A stretch of DNA of 64,000 nt, taken from NCBI GenBank assembly GCA_944331715.1, contig CALVIP010000002.1:3268-67267 (forward strand). The letters are read 5' to 3'. Of the stretch, positions 59,936 to 64,000 are shown in pieces (position 1 is the first letter of the stretch; each line of letters begins with the position of its first letter). Under the pieces are notes generated by a model, which did no database searches, was not told the origin of the DNA, and saw only the letters and a program-made list of their open reading frames with translations. Both the position numbers and the translations under genes were made by a program. This DNA is from an uncultured Bacilli bacterium (lineage in GTDB: Bacteria; Bacillota_I; Bacilli_A; RF39; UBA660).

Positions 59936-62900
59936 TTAATTCACCATACTAGATAACAAGGCAACTAAATAATAGATAGGATGCTTCTCTAACTTAACAA
60001 TATCTAATATAATAGTTAAGTCACTCTCTCTACTCTTAAATCTAAACATAGGAGTAATCTGATATGCATTCATAAATAAATCTTCTGTATTTAACTTACT
60101 AGTAGCATCTCTATTAAAGTAAAGTTCAATAGTATTTTTAGTTTCACTAACTTTAGTAACACCCACTTGTTTAACAAGTTTTTCAAACCACTCTTCATAC
60201 ATATAGATAATAATATCTTCATTAAGTTTACCAAATCTATCTTCTAAATCACTTCTAACTTCTTCAAGTTTCTCTTTACTATCTATCTCATTAATCATTC
60301 TATGAATCATAATCTTCAAATCATCATCAGTTACATAGTCATCACTAATATGAGTAGATACATTAAGTAATGTTTTATTACTCTCTTCCTCTTGTTCTTC
60401 TTCCACTACATTACCTTTAAGACGTTCAACCTCTTCATTAAGCATCTTTAAATAAAGGTCAATACCAACACTATCAATAAAACCAGCTTGTTTACTTCCT
60501 AAAATATCTCCTGCTCCTCTAATAGATAAATCACGAGTCGCAATAGAAAAACCACTACCTAATTCAGTAAACTCTTTAATAACTTTTAAACGTTTTTCAG
60601 CAGTTTCTGTTAATACTTTATGTTCTTGATACATTAAGTAACAGTAAGCTATTTTATTACTACGGCCAACTCTACCTCTTATCTGATATAACTGAGCAAG
60701 ACCAAATCTATCCGCATCTAAAATAATTAACGTATTAACATTAGGAATATCAATACCAGTCTCAATTATTGTCGTACATACTAAAACATCTGCCTCATGG
60801 TCAATAAATTGTTGCATTACATCTTCGATTTTAGTCTTATCCATTCTACCATGAGCATAAATAACCCTAGCACTAGGAACAAGATTCTCTATCTCCATTA
60901 CTTCTTGTTCTATATTTTCTACATTATTAAATAACAAAAATACCTGTCCATCACGAGACATCTCTTTCATAATCGCTTCTTTAACAAGTTGTTTATTATA
61001 ACCAATAACATAAGTCTGTATAGGATATCTATCACGTGGTGGAGTCTCTATTAAAGATAAACTTCTAATACCTGCAATAGACATTTGTAAAGTTCTTGGA
61101 ATAGGTGTAGCAGTTAAAGTTAAAACGTCTACAGTACTCTTATATTGTTTTAACTTTTCTTTATGTTTAACTCCAAATCTTTGCTCTTCATCAATAATTA
61201 ATAATCCCAAATCTTTAGGTTTAATATCATCACTAAGTATTCTATGCGTACCAATAACAAAATCTATTGTTCCTTCTCTTAACTCTTCTAATATTCTATT
61301 ACGTTCCCTTGTACTAGTAAATCTATTTAAAAGACCAATATTAACAGGAAAATCTTTAAATCTCTCAATAGCATTCTTATAATGTTGACTAGAAAGAATA
61401 GTTGTAGGACATAAAAGTAATACTTGCTTATTATCCATAATCGCTTTAAAGGCTGCCCTAAAAGCAACTTCTGTCTTACCAAAGCCAACATCACCTACTA
61501 ATAATCTATCCATAGGAGAAACTTTCTCCATATCTTCTTTTATCTGTTTAGTAGCAAGTAACTGATCATTTGTTGCAACATAAGGAAATGCATCTTCAAA
61601 CTCTTTTTGTAATTCATTATCATGAGAAAAAGCAAAACCCTTTTGTCTTTCTCTTTCCGCTTGCACTCTTAACAAGTCATTAGCCATATCTTGGACTTTA
61701 CTTTTAACACGTGTTTTTACTTTCTCCCACTCTTTACCACCAAGTTTATAAATAGTAGGACGAACACCCTCTTTACCAGTATATTTATAAAGCATATCAA
61801 TCTTCTCAACTGGAATATAAAGCTTATCATTACCCTGATATAAAACTTCTATATAATCTTTCAAAACACCCTGTTGTTCTAAAGTCTTTAACCCATTATA
61901 AATACCAATACCATGAACTTGATGAACAACATAGTCTCCTACTTCTAATTTATTTAAATCAGTTATCTTAGTATTATACTTAAACTTAGTCTTATACCTC
62001 TTAACCTTTTCATTATTTTTAAATAACTCTCTACCCGTTAAAAAGATATAATTTTTATATTGAAAACCACTATCTAATCCAAATGAAACTAAATTAAGCT
62101 TATTAGGATAAATTTCATCCATAGTTGTATCCATTACAGGTAAAGATATCTTACTTCTAAAACTATGTAACTGATAATCTTTTAAACAAACAATAACAGT
62201 ATAATTAGCATATAACTTTTCTCTAATATACTTAGTAATACCTTCTATATCATCATTAAATAAAGGAAGTTCTTTACTATTAAAATTAATAACCTTTAAA
62301 GACTTATCTAAATTATCTACAGTTAAATAATGTAGAGCATTGTTTTCATAGATATCATCAAAATCAAACATATAACTACCTTTAAAGTCTATATCTTTCT
62401 CTTCCCTATACTCTAACATATCAGTACATATCTGTTTATAATTAATTAACATTGAACTCTTATCTTTATAAATAGTAATATGATTATCTAAATAACCACC
62501 AATATTAGTCATATCACCATATTCACTTAAATATTTAGTACTTCTCTTTTCTTCATCTATAAAGGTATCATTAGAAAATATTTCTGTATAAGGATATATA
62601 TCTACACTATTTATTTCACTCAAAGACTTTTGACTCTTACCATCAAAGTATCTAATAGAGTCTATTGTATCGCCAAAAAACTCTAATCTTATAGGATTAG
62701 ATTCACCTAATGGAAAAATATCTATAACAAACCCTCTAACACCAATTTCACCAGTCTTAGTAACTAAAGTAGTTCTCTCATACCCTATATTAGTAAGTTT
62801 TTCAACTAATTCTTTAGGACTAATCTCATCATTTATTTTTAAAGATAAAGTACTCTTTAAATATTCTTTTTTTAACGGTAAATATCTTAAATATCCCATT

Positions 62901-63220
62901 AAATTAGTAATAACTATCGAAGGCTTATCACTACTTACTTCTTTTAATGTCTCAAGTCTAGTAACCATTAAATCAGGACTAATAGCCATCGCTTCACTAG
63001 TTAAAAAATCATCCATTGGAAACAAATATACATTATCTACATAATTACTAATACTTCTATATAAACTATTAGATTCTACTAGATTAGAAGTAACTATTAA
63101 AATATTTTTCTTACTATCATAAAGTTTATTTACATAAACGGCAAAAAGCTCTTCAGTCATCCCTGTAAGAGCGATATCTTTATCATAAATTTTCTCAAAG
63201 AAGTTATCAAATACTTTCAT
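59936..63220 (-). CDS. mfd: Transcription-repair coupling factor
   Basis: 1094 aa. UvrB-homology N-terminus, RNAP-interacting domain, and superfamily 2 translocase motifs (LLVGDVGFGKTEVA, DEEQRFG, QLYQIRGRVGRS). Confidence 0.96.
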   Translation of the reverse strand: MKVFDNFFEKIYDKDIALTGMTEELFAVYVNKLYDSKKNILIVTSNLVESNSLYRSISNYVDNVYLFPMDDFLTSEAMAISPDLMVTRLETLKEVSSDKPSIVITNLMGYLRYLPLKKEYLKSTLSLKINDEISPKELVEKLTNIGYERTTLVTKTGEIGVRGFVIDIFPLGESNPIRLEFFGDTIDSIRYFDGKSQKSLSEINSVDIYPYTEIFSNDTFIDEEKRSTKYLSEYGDMTNIGGYLDNHITIYKDKSSMLINYKQICTDMLEYREEKDIDFKGSYMFDFDDIYENNALHYLTVDNLDKSLKVINFNSKELPLFNDDIEGITKYIREKLYANYTVIVCLKDYQLHSFRSKISLPVMDTTMDEIYPNKLNLVSFGLDSGFQYKNYIFLTGRELFKNNEKVKRYKTKFKYNTKITDLNKLEVGDYVVHQVHGIGIYNGLKTLEQQGVLKDYIEVLYQGNDKLYIPVEKIDMLYKYTGKEGVRPTIYKLGGKEWEKVKTRVKSKVQDMANDLLRVQAERERQKGFAFSHDNELQKEFEDAFPYVATNDQLLATKQIKEDMEKVSPMDRLLVGDVGFGKTEVAFRAAFKAIMDNKQVLLLCPTTILSSQHYKNAIERFKDFPVNIGLLNRFTSTRERNRILEELREGTIDFVIGTHRILSDDIKPKDLGLLIIDEEQRFGVKHKEKLKQYKSTVDVLTLTATPIPRTLQMSIAGIRSLSLIETPPRDRYPIQTYVIGYNKQLVKEAIMKEMSRDGQVFLLFNNVENIEQEVMEIENLVPSARVIYAHGRMDKTKIEDVMQQFIDHEADVLVCTTIIETGIDIPNVNTLIILDADRFGLAQLYQIRGRVGRSNKIAYCYLMYQEHKVLTETAEKRLKVIKEFTELGSGFSIATRDLSIRGAGDILGSKQAGFIDSVGIDLYLKMLNEEVERLKGNVVEEEQEEESNKTLLNVSTHISDDYVTDDDLKIMIHRMINEIDSKEKLEEVRSDLEDRFGKLNEDIIIYMYEEWFEKLVKQVGVTKVSETKNTIELYFNRDATSKLNTEDLFMNAYQITPMFRFKSRESDLTIILDIVKLEKHPIYYLVALLSSMVN

Positions 63221-63222
63221 AA

Positions 63223-63795
63223 TTACCCCTTTCTATTATATTTACTCATCAAAAAGGTAAAATCCATTACAAAATAATCGTCTAAAACATCAACTAAGGT
63301 ATCAAACATTATATCAATCTCATTTAATTCTTTCTTACTAAACTTAGATAAGACATAATTAATAACATCATCTTTATCATTAGAAATACCTATTCTAAGT
63401 CTTTTAAAGTTATCAGTTCCAAGATGAGAAATAATACTCTTTAAACCATTATGTCCTCCACTACTTCCATTTCTTCTTAATCTAAACTTACCTAAATCTA
63501 AATCAAGATCATCACTAATAACTAAAACATCTTCACTGTTTAATTTATAAAAGTCAAGAAAGGCTCTAACAGCAATACCAGAATTATTCATATAAGTCAT
63601 TGGTTTAATAAAAATAACTTTCTCATTATTAATAGTAGTCTCTATATACATAGCATTAAATTTTTCTTTAAATTTATCAGTAATATTTTTATATTGTAAA
63701 TATCTATCTACTAACATAAATCCCATATTATGTCTAGTATTCTCATATTCTCTACCTTTATTACCAAGACCAACTATTAGTTTCATCCTTACCAC
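63223..63795 (-). CDS. pth: Peptidyl-tRNA hydrolase
   Basis: KLIVGLGNKGREYENTRHNMGF N-terminal signature with the catalytic His. Immediately upstream of mfd. Confidence 0.93.
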   Translation of the reverse strand: MVRMKLIVGLGNKGREYENTRHNMGFMLVDRYLQYKNITDKFKEKFNAMYIETTINNEKVIFIKPMTYMNNSGIAVRAFLDFYKLNSEDVLVISDDLDLDLGKFRLRRNGSSGGHNGLKSIISHLGTDNFKRLRIGISNDKDDVINYVLSKFSKKELNEIDIMFDTLVDVLDDYFVMDFTFLMSKYNRKG

Positions 63796-64000
63796 CTTCC
63801 TAGTCTTTTAACCATTTGATTATACTTTCTATTTTCTCTTATTAAAACTTTCTTTTTACTTTGTTCATATAAACAATTATTAATTTTTGATAATTGATTA
63901 CTTTCTAATAAAATATCATTATTTTTATCTTCATCATAACAAACTGTGTTTTTAGAATTTTGTTTATCTAATATAACCCTTACAGCATGCGGATTAAACC

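Noticed and set aside
63796-64000. Possible partial gene upstream of pth at the right window edge
   Set aside because: There is no convincing open frame with an interpretable product within the 200 bp available.

Overview
This 64 kb window comes from a very AT-rich (about 28% GC), spore-forming, low-GC Firmicute. Nearly all genes lie on the minus strand, and the core gene order is Bacillus-like. I recognise these conserved blocks: the str operon (rpsL-rpsG-fusA-tuf); whiA-yvcK-trxB-lgt-uvrA; the sigH neighbourhood (cysS-mrnC-rlmB-sigH); dusB-lysS; tilS-ftsH-mscL; and the sporulation 'yab' block (spoVT, yabE-like, tatD, ksgA, yabG, veg, spoVG, yabP, yabQ, divIC) with metG, mfd and pth. Several accessory insertions sit between these blocks. 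(1) A SipW signal peptidase with four tandem TasA/camelysin-like secreted paralogs, a fifth anchored divergent paralog and two membrane proteins, inserted between yabE and ksgA; I read this as a candidate extracellular fibre locus. (2) A three-gene island between cysS and clpC: a Schlafen-like AlbA_2 plus HATPase_c_4 plus wHTH ATPase and two tandem paralogous proteins of unknown function, with tandem 12-bp and spaced 13-bp repeats in the upstream/promoter region; I read this as a candidate defence-type island. (3) A 30-aa hydrophobic mini-ORF upstream of dusB whose Shine-Dalgarno sequence sits in a perfect hairpin and whose 5' and 3' flanks are long-range complementary, which looks like a type I toxin. 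(4) A decayed mobile-element scar: an IS200/IS605 TnpB N-terminal fragment abutting a truncated XRE HTH gene, next to an Rpn/YhgA-like nuclease gene. (5) A short RSH (Rel) protein that lacks the C-terminal regulatory half and carries substitutions in the synthetase catalytic motifs. (6) Two overlapping unknown genes between uvrA and rel. (7) An FtsH with a Rho_N-like C-terminal tail. A T-box leader precedes metG. I found no rRNA, tRNA or CRISPR array.
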